NCBI GenBank assembly: GCA_020724585.1
Contig: DYGS01000001.1
Span: 422,002 to 486,001 of the forward strand
From: Candidatus Microgenomatus sp.
GTDB taxonomy: Bacteria > Patescibacteriota > Microgenomatia > UBA8517
Direction: 5' to 3'
Length of the DNA: 64,000 nt
Shown here: in pieces, positions 25,947-35,881 of the stretch
Layout of the letters: each line of letters begins with the position of its first letter
Numbering within the stretch: the stretch's first letter is position 1
Notes under the pieces: model-generated
Database searches by the model: none
Told to the model about the DNA's origin: nothing
What the model saw: the letters and a program-made list of their open reading frames with translations, nothing else
Position numbers and translations under genes: made by a program

Positions 25947-26522
25947 ATGTTTAAGTCAATTTTAGCCCCCATTATTGGTGTTATATTGTTTATTGTTTTC
26001 GTCGGTCTTTTATATCAAGGCAAAATGCCGTTTATAACAGCATTCAAGAAAACCACGGGCGATAAGCCCGTGGATGAATTGAACGCTGATATGTCATCCT
26101 CGTTTAGACGGATACCCCGCCAGTATGGCAGGGAGGATGTCATTAATAATAATCAAAAGTCAGTTACTATAAACAACAAAGAAATTAAAGTAGAAGTCGC
26201 CAAAACAAATGAAGAAAGGGCAAAGGGCTTATCAGGTAGAGACTCTCTTGAAGCAGATTCAGGCATGCTCTTCATTTTTAATAATCAAAAGCCTATTTTT
26301 TGGATGAAAGATACAAAAGTCGCACTCGATATCATCTGGATTAACGATTTAAAAATTGTCGGGATTAATAAAGATGTCCAACCGGAGCCTGGCGTTTCGG
26401 AAGATAAATTAAAAAAGTATCCCGCCCCAGAAGAAATCGATTTAGTTTTAGAAGTTAGCGCAGGTTACTCAGACAAAAATAATATCAAAGTAGGTGACAA
26501 TGTAGAGCTTAATAATATCTAA
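25947..26522 (+). CDS. DUF192-family protein with an in-frame 114-bp repeat-element insertion in the linker
   Basis: DUF192-like core (GLSGRDSL...DSGMLFIF...FWMKDTKVALDIIWIN); residues encoded by 26031-26143 come from repeat copy B. Confidence 0.5.
   Translation: MFKSILAPIIGVILFIVFVGLLYQGKMPFITAFKKTTGDKPVDELNADMSSSFRRIPRQYGREDVINNNQKSVTINNKEIKVEVAKTNEERAKGLSGRDSLEADSGMLFIFNNQKPIFWMKDTKVALDIIWINDLKIVGINKDVQPEPGVSEDKLKKYPAPEEIDLVLEVSAGYSDKNNIKVGDNVELNNI
26031..26143. repeat. 114-bp hairpin-rich element, copy B (inside a CDS, in frame)
   Basis: Reverse complement of 19623-19736. Confidence 0.85.
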
Positions 26523-26523
26523 T

Positions 26524-27732
26524 TTATTTACCAAAGGCTATTCTATCTTTAATTAGATCATTTGTATTTGCCATTCTTGCAGGATAAATTGTATGTTCAC
26601 CAAATCTATTATTAATGCTATCTAAACTTTTATTTAGTTTGTCTTTTTTAACAATATCTTCAAAAACTTCAAGTTGAAGATTACTTTTGTCTTTAAGTCC
26701 AAATGTTGATATGGCTATATTTCTAAAATCATTTTTAATAGGACTTAAATTAAGTAACCTACTTATCTCAAAATATAAGTCATTAGAATCAAATATTTCT
26801 TTTTGAGTTTTTCTTCCCATATGCCAAGAATTATTACTTCTATCTTGAACATATAAATGAACCCCTGTTGCTTTTAAATTACTATTTCTAAGTCTCAAAC
26901 CTGTTTTTTGTACTAATTTAGTTATAATTTCTTTATACTTATTGCTATCACTTTTGGCTATAGCATATGAGTTACCATATGTTTTTTGTGGAGCTTGTGA
27001 ATAACTATCATCAACATCATAACCCCTTAAATTTAAAAACCAATAATAGCCATTTATGCCTCCAAAGGCTATTTTTAATTTAGATAGGGAAGAACTGTAA
27101 AAATCTAAAACTGTTTTAATACCTACTAAGTTTAGTCTTCTGCTATTACCTTCTTTGATACCAGTTAAATCAGTTAATTTAAGGCCGCCAAAGACATCTA
27201 GGAAGTTATCTTTGTCTATAACACTTAATCCATCAGGCTTTTTTAAATTACTTGCAATTTTGGCCAAATATTTATTTGTTGATATACCTATTGAAACAGT
27301 AATATATTCACCAATTTCTTTTTTAATTTTTTCTTTAATTTCAAGACCGACCTTTAAAGGTGTAACCCTTAAAGGTTCTCGAATTTTGAGTTTTAGTACA
27401 AACTCATCAATTGACTTAGGCAAAAGTGAACTTGAATATTTACTTAATATCTTTTTTATTTTTTTATGTACGCATCTATATTTATTAGGATCAGGCAAAA
27501 GAGTAATAATATCAGGAACTAATTTTTTAGCATCAATTAATCTCCTTCCTGTTTTTACTCCAAACTTTTTAGCAGAATATGAAGCTGCAAGAATACAACC
27601 ACTAGGATTGAGATAACTACAAACTGCAACAGGCCTATCTCTTAAAAAGGGATTAGCCTGTTGCTCTATAGTTGCAAAACAAGAATTAACATCAAGATGA
27701 ATTATATTTGGTATGCTTTGATTAAACTGCAT
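26524..27732 (-). CDS. dinB: Y-family DNA polymerase IV
   Basis: N-terminal HLDVNSCFATIEQ...RDRPVAV...AASYSAKKFGVKTG typical of ImpB/DinB. Confidence 0.75.
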   Translation of the reverse strand: MQFNQSIPNIIHLDVNSCFATIEQQANPFLRDRPVAVCSYLNPSGCILAASYSAKKFGVKTGRRLIDAKKLVPDIITLLPDPNKYRCVHKKIKKILSKYSSSLLPKSIDEFVLKLKIREPLRVTPLKVGLEIKEKIKKEIGEYITVSIGISTNKYLAKIASNLKKPDGLSVIDKDNFLDVFGGLKLTDLTGIKEGNSRRLNLVGIKTVLDFYSSSLSKLKIAFGGINGYYWFLNLRGYDVDDSYSQAPQKTYGNSYAIAKSDSNKYKEIITKLVQKTGLRLRNSNLKATGVHLYVQDRSNNSWHMGRKTQKEIFDSNDLYFEISRLLNLSPIKNDFRNIAISTFGLKDKSNLQLEVFEDIVKKDKLNKSLDSINNRFGEHTIYPARMANTNDLIKDRIAFGK

Positions 27733-27893
27733 ATAGAGATAATTGACAAGATTTGCTATAATACGCTTACTTGAAAAGTTTCCTTTGGGAAATTTCTTTT
27801 TAAGAGATAGAGTCAGCCAACCGTAGCCTCTAAACTATGCTTAAGTTGGGTTGCTAGGTCCAGACAGCCTAGCCCTTTAGATATATAGAAACT

Positions 27894-28130
27894 TTAATTT
27901 TTTTCATATATTTCCTCCAATTTCCATTGTAAATGCTTTGTATCTAATTGCAATTTCAAAAATAGACTATCTGAAACCACTGAAAAAACATGGTATAGGA
28001 TGTTTCCATTCTTAAAAGTATGATGAAGCCCTAATTTTTTAATTTCTATTTCTCTTCCTCTCCATTTAACAAGCTTTGGATATTTTTCAAAAACTACATC
28101 TACTACTTCGGATATTGTTAGTGCACTCAT
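27894..28130 (-). CDS. small hypothetical protein
   Basis: ORF. Confidence 0.35.
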   Translation of the reverse strand: MSALTISEVVDVVFEKYPKLVKWRGREIEIKKLGLHHTFKNGNILYHVFSVVSDSLFLKLQLDTKHLQWKLEEIYEKN

Positions 28131-28175
28131 AATTCATGTTAGTACCAAACAATCACCAAAGTCAATAAGTAAATA

Positions 28176-28658
28176 TTAAAGATTATGGTTAAAGTCTTCG
28201 TAATATGGATAATTATGGTCTGAGGATTCTTTTGGAATAACTTTTCCAAATTCTTTAACATCTTCAAATGTTCCGTGTGGGTCATTAATATTTTGAATAA
28301 TTGTTATCTTGTTTTTATAAAGACTGCAAACTTCTTTTATCTTGTCAAAATCCTCTTTGCTTATATCCCTTACTGGTACTCCGCAAAGGATTATTTTTGT
28401 TACTTGATCAGGAATTAAGGAAATTAGATTACAAGCAACAAGTGTTCCAATTGATTTGGCAATAATTCTTACATTATCATCTTTTAAATGTTTAACAATT
28501 AATTCTGCTTTTTCTTTTGGATCAAATCTAGAACTTTCATCACTCCAATGCATCCAATAAAAAGGTCTAATTATTCCATCCAGTTTTAAATTATTTGTAA
28601 CCTCATCAACCCAACTTTTGTTTATACTTGAGTATCCTGGTAGGATTAATGTTTGCAT
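28176..28658 (-). CDS. alpha/beta hydrolase-fold esterase (YdeN/RBBP9-like)
   Basis: ILPGYSS...W N-terminus; KSIG nucleophile elbow. Confidence 0.35.
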   Translation of the reverse strand: MQTLILPGYSSINKSWVDEVTNNLKLDGIIRPFYWMHWSDESSRFDPKEKAELIVKHLKDDNVRIIAKSIGTLVACNLISLIPDQVTKIILCGVPVRDISKEDFDKIKEVCSLYKNKITIIQNINDPHGTFEDVKEFGKVIPKESSDHNYPYYEDFNHNL

Positions 28659-29665
28659 ACCAATTATTATATAATATCTTTATGTACAAGAAACTATTAA
28701 TTACTATTTCTTCATTCTTAATTTTTACTCTTGGTTGGTTTCTTTCTGATAATTACAAAAGATTTTTAAATCCTGATACAAGTTTGCCATCATGGAACAA
28801 ACCAAAACCCTTGGAAAAATACACAATTGAAAATTTAAGAAACAAAAATTTTGAGGTATCTAATATTAAAATTGTAGATACTAATTTATTTGAATATAGC
28901 GTTGAAGGCAAAAAAGTTACTGGGTGTCTTAATATTCCTAAAGAAAAAGGTAGTTATCCATTAGCCATATTGGTTCGAGGCTATGTTGACCAAAAAGAGT
29001 ATAAAACATGTGACGGAAGTAAAAAAATTGGTGAGTATCTATCTAATAATGGATATATCACATTATCACCAGACTTTTTAGGCTATGGCGGATCTGATAA
29101 AGAAACGAATAATATTTTTGAATCAAGATTTCAAACATACGTAACACTAATTACATTAATTGAATCAATTAAAAATTCTAATACTAATAAAGTATTAATA
29201 GATGAAGGTTGGGATGGCAATAATATTTTCATCTGGGCACACAGCAACGGAGGTCAAATTGTATTAACAGCACTTACAATAAAAAATTATAACTATCCTA
29301 CAGTTTTGTGGGCACCTGTTGTTGAAAGTTTTCCATATAATGTTCTTTATTTTACAAATGAAGCTGAAGACAAGGGAAAGTTTATAAGACAAGAACTAGC
29401 AAAATTTGAAAAAGATTATGATACAGACAAATATTCATTCACAAACTACCTTGAAAGTATAAATGCTCCAATTGAACTACATTTAGGAACAAATGACGAT
29501 GCCATACCTCTTGAATGGGCAAATAGATTTGTTAAAAGTATGCAAAAACTTGATAAACCTATTAAATACTATAAACACCCCAATCTTGATCATAATATGA
29601 TGCCTAATTGGAGTGATATAGCACAAAAAACCTTACAGTTTTTTGATATAAACCTTAAACCATAA
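28628..29665 (+). CDS. membrane-anchored alpha/beta hydrolase (S9/dienelactone hydrolase-like)
   Basis: GxSxG-type elbow WAHSNGG; C-terminal HPNLDH. Confidence 0.45.
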   Translation: MSILVGLMFAYQLLYNIFMYKKLLITISSFLIFTLGWFLSDNYKRFLNPDTSLPSWNKPKPLEKYTIENLRNKNFEVSNIKIVDTNLFEYSVEGKKVTGCLNIPKEKGSYPLAILVRGYVDQKEYKTCDGSKKIGEYLSNNGYITLSPDFLGYGGSDKETNNIFESRFQTYVTLITLIESIKNSNTNKVLIDEGWDGNNIFIWAHSNGGQIVLTALTIKNYNYPTVLWAPVVESFPYNVLYFTNEAEDKGKFIRQELAKFEKDYDTDKYSFTNYLESINAPIELHLGTNDDAIPLEWANRFVKSMQKLDKPIKYYKHPNLDHNMMPNWSDIAQKTLQFFDINLKP

Positions 29666-29668
29666 AAC

Positions 29669-29920
29669 TTAACGGTTTTCTTGAGGCTTTGCCATGTTTA
29701 CATTCATAGCTCGACCATTAAGATCTTTACCGTTAGCTTCTAATGCTTTTTGAGCTTGTTCTTCTGTTTCCATTTCGACAAAACCGAATCCTCTTGACCT
29801 TCCGGTCATTCTATCCATTAGAACAACTGCGTCAACAACTGTACCGTATGCAGCAAAAAATGCTCTTAGGTCATCAGAAGTTGTAGCCCATGCTAAATTA
29901 CCAACAAACAATTTCTTCAT
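29669..29920 (-). CDS. RRM-type RNA-binding protein
   Basis: RNP-2 LFVGNL and RNP-1 RGFGFVEM. Confidence 0.75.
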   Translation of the reverse strand: MKKLFVGNLAWATTSDDLRAFFAAYGTVVDAVVLMDRMTGRSRGFGFVEMETEEQAQKALEANGKDLNGRAMNVNMAKPQENR

Positions 29921-30159
29921 AAATTATTAAAAATTAGTTTTTCACCTCTTTTCTAGGAGCCGACCTTGGGGACACTAACCTTACAGAGGGCAAATGTAGT
30001 ATAATACTATTATGGATAAAAAGCAAAAGCCAAAAGCGATAAAAACTGCAAAGCCGCCTACCAGCTTTCCCTTTGTGCGCAAAATTACTTATGGTACAAA
30101 CAAGGGCTTTGCTGTAAACTCTCCCCAATTTAGAATTAATCAACACAAGGGGGCATAGC

Positions 30160-30966
30160 ATGGACAAAATAACATCATCCATAAAAAAGCTTGAAAACGG
30201 CAATATAGAAATATTGTTTTCAATTCCAGCTGGTTTGGTTCTGTCAGAGAAGTCAAAAGTTTTGGCGGAGTTTGGCAATGACCTAACAATTGCAGGTTTT
30301 AGAAAAGGGAAAGCTCCCATTTCAAAAGTTGAAGAAAATATAAGCGACGAAAAAGTTGTAGAGCATATTTTAAACCACTTACTACCCCAAGCATTTGTTA
30401 ACGCTTGCGAGGAACACAAAATAAGGCCTGCGATCTATCCTAAATTTGAAGTTCTTAAAATCACTACAACTAAAGACCTAACAAAAGATGGAGTTTGGGA
30501 AATAAAAGCTGTTACGGCTGAGCTTCCTGAAGTTGTCTTGCCAAAAGATATTAAAGCAAAACTTAAAAAAACAAAGGATGAAAATCAGCTAATTAAAAAA
30601 TTAGTTGATTTGGTAGATATCAGAATTCCCGAAGTTTTAATTAATGAAGAAGTCAACATCAAGCTTTCACAGGTTTTAGAAAGAATCGAAAAACTAGGAT
30701 TAACTCTCGAAGGCTATCTTAAGTCAGTTGGTAAAGATTCCCAAAAACTTCGCCAGGAATACAAAGAACAAGCTGTAAACTCAATAAGTTTGGAGCTTAT
30801 CTTAAATAAAATTGCAGCGGATCATAAAATTGAGGTTAGCAACTTAGAAATTGATGAATTTATAAAAACTACTGGTGAGAAAAAAGAGAATGTAAACAAA
30901 GAAAAAAGAGAGTTATTGTCTAGAATCTTGATGAGGAAAAAGGCTTTGGAATTTTTAAAAAAATAG
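30160..30966 (+). CDS. tig: trigger factor, short form lacking the PPIase domain
   Basis: GFRKGKAP motif of the trigger factor N-domain. Confidence 0.6.
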   Translation: MDKITSSIKKLENGNIEILFSIPAGLVLSEKSKVLAEFGNDLTIAGFRKGKAPISKVEENISDEKVVEHILNHLLPQAFVNACEEHKIRPAIYPKFEVLKITTTKDLTKDGVWEIKAVTAELPEVVLPKDIKAKLKKTKDENQLIKKLVDLVDIRIPEVLINEEVNIKLSQVLERIEKLGLTLEGYLKSVGKDSQKLRQEYKEQAVNSISLELILNKIAADHKIEVSNLEIDEFIKTTGEKKENVNKEKRELLSRILMRKKALEFLKK

Positions 30967-30983
30967 GTGTACAATAGGCGCAT

Positions 30984-31619
30984 ATGAACGATAAAAGCAA
31001 TCAGAAATCAAAAACACAAAAACAGGTTTTAAATAAAAACATTTTGGAGTCTTTAAATACTATTGGTTCACAAGTAGTTGAGACTGCCAAAAATGAGACT
31101 AAAGCAATAAGTGATGAATTTATAAATCAACTTTTGGGTAGAAAACAAGCAGTTAAGAGGTCGGGTGAATTAACCGTGGGGCAAACGGTCGAGATGAATT
31201 CTCTAATCTCAGGAGAGGCTGAAAAACAAAAAAGATTATCCGAGCAGCTTTTCTTTGAACGGAGGCTTATCAATGAAGAAAAACAGGAAACAAGTAAAAA
31301 GTTGGGGGAGCTTCGTCTAAGACTTCAGGCAATCCAGACAGAAGCTGTCAAATTGGTTAATTCTACACAGAGTCTAACTGAAGAGGTAAAAACTGCAGTT
31401 TTTACGGGCAACACTCAACCAAGCGAATATCACATAGGCTTTTTTGAAAATATTATTCAAATGATCGTTTCATTTAGAAAGAAAATAGACAGTGCAATTA
31501 CTTGGCTTCAGGGAACAAATAAAAGAGCTGAAAAGAAAAATTATTGGGCTCAATATAAAAAGAAAGGGGCGAGTTTCCTGTTGTCTCCTGATCACTATTT
31601 ACAAAGATCTGCCGGTTGA
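30984..31619 (+). CDS. hypothetical coiled-coil protein
   Basis: ORF. Confidence 0.4.
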   Translation: MNDKSNQKSKTQKQVLNKNILESLNTIGSQVVETAKNETKAISDEFINQLLGRKQAVKRSGELTVGQTVEMNSLISGEAEKQKRLSEQLFFERRLINEEKQETSKKLGELRLRLQAIQTEAVKLVNSTQSLTEEVKTAVFTGNTQPSEYHIGFFENIIQMIVSFRKKIDSAITWLQGTNKRAEKKNYWAQYKKKGASFLLSPDHYLQRSAG

Positions 31620-31713
31620 CAAATTCCCCCTGATTTTATATTATCCTCAGTATGAATTTGATGTCTCACACACTTATCATTAGGTATCTTCCTTTTTGGA
31701 AGGCCTGATGTAT

Positions 31714-31786
31714 GTGGTGAGAAATTCGCTTTAAATAATTAAAATAAAAAATTTATCTCACCACAAAAGGTGAGATTTTTTATTTT
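31714..31786 (+). promoter_or_regulatory. candidate transcription attenuator: mutually exclusive antiterminator (GTGGTGAGA 31714-31722 pairs with TCTCACCAC 31756-31764) and terminator (ATCTCACC pairs with GGTGAGAT, then T-run 31777-31786)
   Basis: Overlapping complementary segments read in the sequence, immediately upstream of a strong SD (AAGGAGGTGAT) and an ATG. Confidence 0.45.
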
Positions 31787-31806
31787 TAAAAGGAGGTGAT
31801 CAAAAA

Positions 31807-32019
31807 ATGTCTAATGAAATAAACAATCCCAATACCAATAAAATACATGATGCAGATTCGCATCCTGTAATAATAGGACGGGATGCACAGCAAGTTCCGC
31901 AAAAAATAGGACAGGATGCACAGCAAGTTTCGGAAGATGGTAGGTATGGTTCATCCATGGTAACCGATGATGGCAAGGGCAAAGTGGAAGCCCCGCCTGC
32001 TCAAACGGATCAAGTTTAA
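31807..32019 (+). CDS. small hypothetical protein (70 aa) with internal repeat IGRDAQQVPQK/IGQDAQQVSED
   Basis: Strong RBS; ORF. Confidence 0.5.
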   Translation: MSNEINNPNTNKIHDADSHPVIIGRDAQQVPQKIGQDAQQVSEDGRYGSSMVTDDGKGKVEAPPAQTDQV

Positions 32020-32095
32020 TCTATAAAAAGATTAAAATTGAAGGAGAACTTGACCCTGTTAGGTTATAAGTTCTCCCTCAAGGGATATTATACGC

Positions 32096-33439
32096 TTGAA
32101 TTTACATATGACAACAAAATATAGAGAATATCAAAATTTACTATCAAAATTTGTTGGTTTTAAAAGCATTTCTACTGATCCTAAATATGTAGGTGAGATT
32201 GGAAAAACTGCTTTATGGCTAAAAGAATTGTTCAAAAAAAATAGTTTTAGTGTAAAACTTTTAAAATCCAAAAGTGCTAATCCTGTAGTTTTTGCAAGGT
32301 ATAATATTACAAATAATAGCCAGACAGTGCTTATCTATGGCCATTATGATGTTCAACCTGCTGACAAATCAGATGGCTGGAATTCTGACCCATTTAAACT
32401 TACTGAGTCTAAAAATAGGTTGTTTGGAAGGGGAGTGGTCGATAACAAAGGTCAAATCCTGATTCATATCTTCACAGCCATTAATTTAATAAAACAAGGT
32501 AAACTCAATTACAATATAAAATTTCTGATTGAAGGCAATGAAGAAACTGGAAATACAACACTATCAAACATAATTAAAAAATACAAAAAGGAAATGGCTT
32601 GCAATTTTGTATTAGTATCTGACGGTGAGCTTACAAATAATAATCCCACGATTGAAACTTCTCTTAGAGGAGGATTTAACTGTACTTTGGTATATAAAAC
32701 TGCTAAAAATAATGTGCACTCAGGAATTTTTGGCGGTGCAATACCTAATGCCTCTCACGAGTTAATCAAATTTCTAGATAAAATATACAATTCAGACAAT
32801 TCAGTCTCCATCAAAGATTTTTATAAAAATGTCGATAAAATCAGTCATGATGAATTCAAAAATAATATAAAACTTATATCTGAAGCAGGTAATATTTGTA
32901 AACTAGCCGGAGTTAAAAAATTATTAACAGAAAAGAAATATGATTTTTTTACACAAACAGGTCTTAGGCCAACCATTCAAATTACCGGCCTTAAATCTGG
33001 TTATATAACCGAAGGATATTCAAATATTGTGCCCAATGAGGCTATGGCGAAAATAAATTTTAGAATTGTTGCATCTCAAAAAGCTAAACAAATTGCAAAG
33101 TTATTCGAGATGTTTGTCAAAGAAAATACTCCCGATTATGTTGGGTATAAATTGTCCTTCAGTGGATTGCATGACCCTGTAAAAGTTAGTTTAAATAATG
33201 ATTATGTAAAAGAAGCTGAAAAAATTCTTGAGAATATATATGGCAAAAAAACTTCAAGAAAGAATGTTGGCGGTGCAATTCCTTTCGTAGGGGATGTTAA
33301 ATCAATTTTAGGAGTTGATACACTTTTAGTGCCGCTTTCAAATGAAGATTGCAATATGCACGGAGCCAATGAAAACTTTGACATCAAACTCATCGAAAAA
33401 GGGTTAGAATTTAGTAAAAGGCTTCTCCAAAAACATTAA
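32096..33439 (+). CDS. M20-family metallopeptidase/dipeptidase
   Basis: GHYDVQPAD and VDNKG motifs. Confidence 0.65.
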   Translation: MNLHMTTKYREYQNLLSKFVGFKSISTDPKYVGEIGKTALWLKELFKKNSFSVKLLKSKSANPVVFARYNITNNSQTVLIYGHYDVQPADKSDGWNSDPFKLTESKNRLFGRGVVDNKGQILIHIFTAINLIKQGKLNYNIKFLIEGNEETGNTTLSNIIKKYKKEMACNFVLVSDGELTNNNPTIETSLRGGFNCTLVYKTAKNNVHSGIFGGAIPNASHELIKFLDKIYNSDNSVSIKDFYKNVDKISHDEFKNNIKLISEAGNICKLAGVKKLLTEKKYDFFTQTGLRPTIQITGLKSGYITEGYSNIVPNEAMAKINFRIVASQKAKQIAKLFEMFVKENTPDYVGYKLSFSGLHDPVKVSLNNDYVKEAEKILENIYGKKTSRKNVGGAIPFVGDVKSILGVDTLLVPLSNEDCNMHGANENFDIKLIEKGLEFSKRLLQKH

Positions 33440-33507
33440 ATGAGATATAATTATAATATAGTACGAAAAATACTTGGATTCTTTCACTTTTGGTGTAAGA
33501 GTACTTT

Positions 33508-33584
33508 GGATTCTTAGCTCAGTTGGCTAGAGCGCTTTCTTGACGTGAAAGAGGTCGCAGGTTCAAGTCCTGCAGGATCCACCA
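33508..33584 (+). tRNA. tRNA-Val (anticodon GAC), CCA encoded
   Basis: Acceptor GGATTCT, anticodon stem-loop CTTTC-TTGACGT-GAAAG, T-arm CAGGTTCAAGTCCTG. Confidence 0.85.
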
Positions 33585-33591
33585 GCTTTTC

Positions 33592-33664
33592 GGGCCCGTG
33601 GTATACCGGTAACATGCTTCCATGGCATGGAAGAGTAGCGGGTTCAATTCCCGCCGGGTCCACC
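33592..33664 (+). tRNA. tRNA-Ala (anticodon GGC), G3:U70 present
   Basis: Acceptor GGGCCCG/CGGGTCC with G3-U70, anticodon stem-loop CTTCC-ATGGCAT-GGAAG. Confidence 0.75.
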
Positions 33665-33760
33665 TCATTTAATTAAAAGCAAGAAATTATAATATCTGGT
33701 ATAATACAATAACCGCCAAATCATTGGTAAATAGGGCGGTTATTTTTTGACCTAAAATAT

Positions 33761-35599
33761 ATGAATAACAATAAGAACACAACACTACATATAAAAAACA
33801 TTGCTATTATTGCCCATGTTGATCATGGAAAAACCACATTGGTTGATGCACTTTTGAGGCAATCTCATACTGAAATGAAAAAGGAAGTTGCAGATCTTGA
33901 GGCCATTATGGATAGCAATGATTTGGAACGAGAAAGAGGGATTACAATTTTTTCTAAAAATGCCTCTGTCAACTACAATGGTACAAAAATAAACATCATA
34001 GATACACCAGGTCATGCCGATTTCGGCGGAGAAGTGGAACGCGTTCTTTCTATGGCAGACGGGGCATTACTTTTAGTTGATGCAAAGGAAGGTCCAATGC
34101 CTCAAACAAGATTTGTATTAAAACATGCCCTTAAAATCGGCCTTAAAATAATAGTTGTTATTAATAAAATTGATAAAGACGGGGCAAGGCCTGATTGGGT
34201 TCAAGGCAAAACCTTTGATTTGTTTGTGGAATTAGGAGCAGACGAGAATACAGCCTTTTTCCCAACCATTTATGCCAGCGGAAGAGACGGCAAAGCCGGC
34301 TATACTCCAGACTTAAAGGCCATGAAGGACATAACTCCTCTTTTTGATGAAATAATAAAAGTTATACCGGCTCCAGGCGGAGATATTAATAAGCCCCTTC
34401 AAATGTTAGTTTCCGCAATTGGTAAAGATAATTACAAAGGCAGAATTGCAATTGGAAAAATATATAACGGAAAACTTTCTTTAAACCAAGAAGTTATGCA
34501 TATAAATAGAGATGGGCAAATGAAAAAATGTAAATTAACCTCGATCTCAACTTTTAAGGGCTTGGGTAAGCAGGAAGAACAAGAGGTTGTGGCAGGTGAT
34601 ATAGTTTCTTTAACAGGGATTGGAGATGTCACGATTGGAGAAACCATTGCAGATGTAAATAACCCGATTGCTTTGCCTCTCTTATCAATTGAGGAGCCTA
34701 CAGTAAAAATGGTTTTTATGGTCAATGACTCTCCTTTTGCAGGAAAAGAGGGTGAATTTAAAACCTCAAGCCAAATTAGAGAAAGACTATATAGAGAACT
34801 TGAAACAGATGTTGCTTTAAAAGTAGTTGATAATAGCGATGGATCATGGACTGTATCAGGTAGAGGGGAGCTTCACCTGGCAATTTTTATTGAAAGGATG
34901 AGAAGAGAAGGGTACGAGTTTGCAGTTTCAAGGCCTCATGTTATTAATAAAACAATTGATAACAAAACACTAACTCCATTTGAAAAAGTCTATATTGAAG
35001 TTCCAGAAGAATATTCAGGAATTGTTATTAAACACATGGGAGTTAGACACGCCAAAATGGATAATATGGTCAAAAACGAAGAAAATATAGTTTCACTTGA
35101 ATTTACAGTATCAACTAAAGAGCTTATTGGTTTTCGAAGTGAGTTTATAACAGATACTAAAGGTTTAGGAATAATTAATACTGCATTTTTTGACTATCTT
35201 CCTGATGATGGTTTTGAAAGGGTAAGAGAAAGAGGATCAATGGTAGCCCATGAAACAGGAGAAACAAGGCTGTATGGCCTAACAAATGTGCAAGATCAAG
35301 GACAACTATTTGTAGGACCGGGAGAATTAGTATATAAAGGCCAAGTTGTAGGGCAAAATTCAAGAAGCGGAGATCTTCATGTTAATGTTTGTAAAGAAAA
35401 AGCACTATCAAACATGAGAAGTAAAGGTGATGGCGCAGCAGAACATTTTAATACCCCTAAAAGAATGTCGCTTGATGATGCACTGGAATATATTGATGAT
35501 ACAGAACTTGTTGAGGTTACTCCATTAAACATTAGAATTAGAAAAATAGTATTAGATGAAGCAGAAGCCAGACGCAAAAAGGCAATGGGGATTAAGTAA
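33761..35599 (+). CDS. typA: translational GTPase TypA/BipA
   Basis: AIIAHVDHGKTTLVDALL, DTPGHADF; EF-G-like domain layout; 612 aa. Confidence 0.85.
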   Translation: MNNNKNTTLHIKNIAIIAHVDHGKTTLVDALLRQSHTEMKKEVADLEAIMDSNDLERERGITIFSKNASVNYNGTKINIIDTPGHADFGGEVERVLSMADGALLLVDAKEGPMPQTRFVLKHALKIGLKIIVVINKIDKDGARPDWVQGKTFDLFVELGADENTAFFPTIYASGRDGKAGYTPDLKAMKDITPLFDEIIKVIPAPGGDINKPLQMLVSAIGKDNYKGRIAIGKIYNGKLSLNQEVMHINRDGQMKKCKLTSISTFKGLGKQEEQEVVAGDIVSLTGIGDVTIGETIADVNNPIALPLLSIEEPTVKMVFMVNDSPFAGKEGEFKTSSQIRERLYRELETDVALKVVDNSDGSWTVSGRGELHLAIFIERMRREGYEFAVSRPHVINKTIDNKTLTPFEKVYIEVPEEYSGIVIKHMGVRHAKMDNMVKNEENIVSLEFTVSTKELIGFRSEFITDTKGLGIINTAFFDYLPDDGFERVRERGSMVAHETGETRLYGLTNVQDQGQLFVGPGELVYKGQVVGQNSRSGDLHVNVCKEKALSNMRSKGDGAAEHFNTPKRMSLDDALEYIDDTELVEVTPLNIRIRKIVLDEAEARRKKAMGIK

Positions 35600-35605
35600 T
35601 TAGAA

Positions 35606-35851
35606 TTACACATTTTGTTTCAACTCATCTCTTTTCTTCTCGCCAAATTTAGTTAATTCAATGCCATCCTTGTCTATATCAACCAAAAACATATTTTCCA
35701 TCCGAGTCAACTTTTGTTTAATTCCAAGAATCCTAGTTCCCTTTTTAACCAACAGGTCAGTCGGCACCGTGTTATCTCTAATTGTCGCTAGTAAACGCTG
35801 TGTAAGTTCTCCTAACGCCATAATGTGTGTATAATACTCTCTCTCTGTCAA
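35606..35851 (-). CDS. small hypothetical protein
   Basis: ORF. Confidence 0.35.
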   Translation of the reverse strand: MTEREYYTHIMALGELTQRLLATIRDNTVPTDLLVKKGTRILGIKQKLTRMENMFLVDIDKDGIELTKFGEKKRDELKQNV

Positions 35852-35881
35852 AATTGCAAATTTGGGGATATAATTATTTAT

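Noticed and set aside
27749-27770. TTGACA...TATAAT promoter-like motif upstream of dinB
   Set aside because: The spacer is only 8 nt and the motif is on the strand opposite to dinB; no LexA-type box was recognised.
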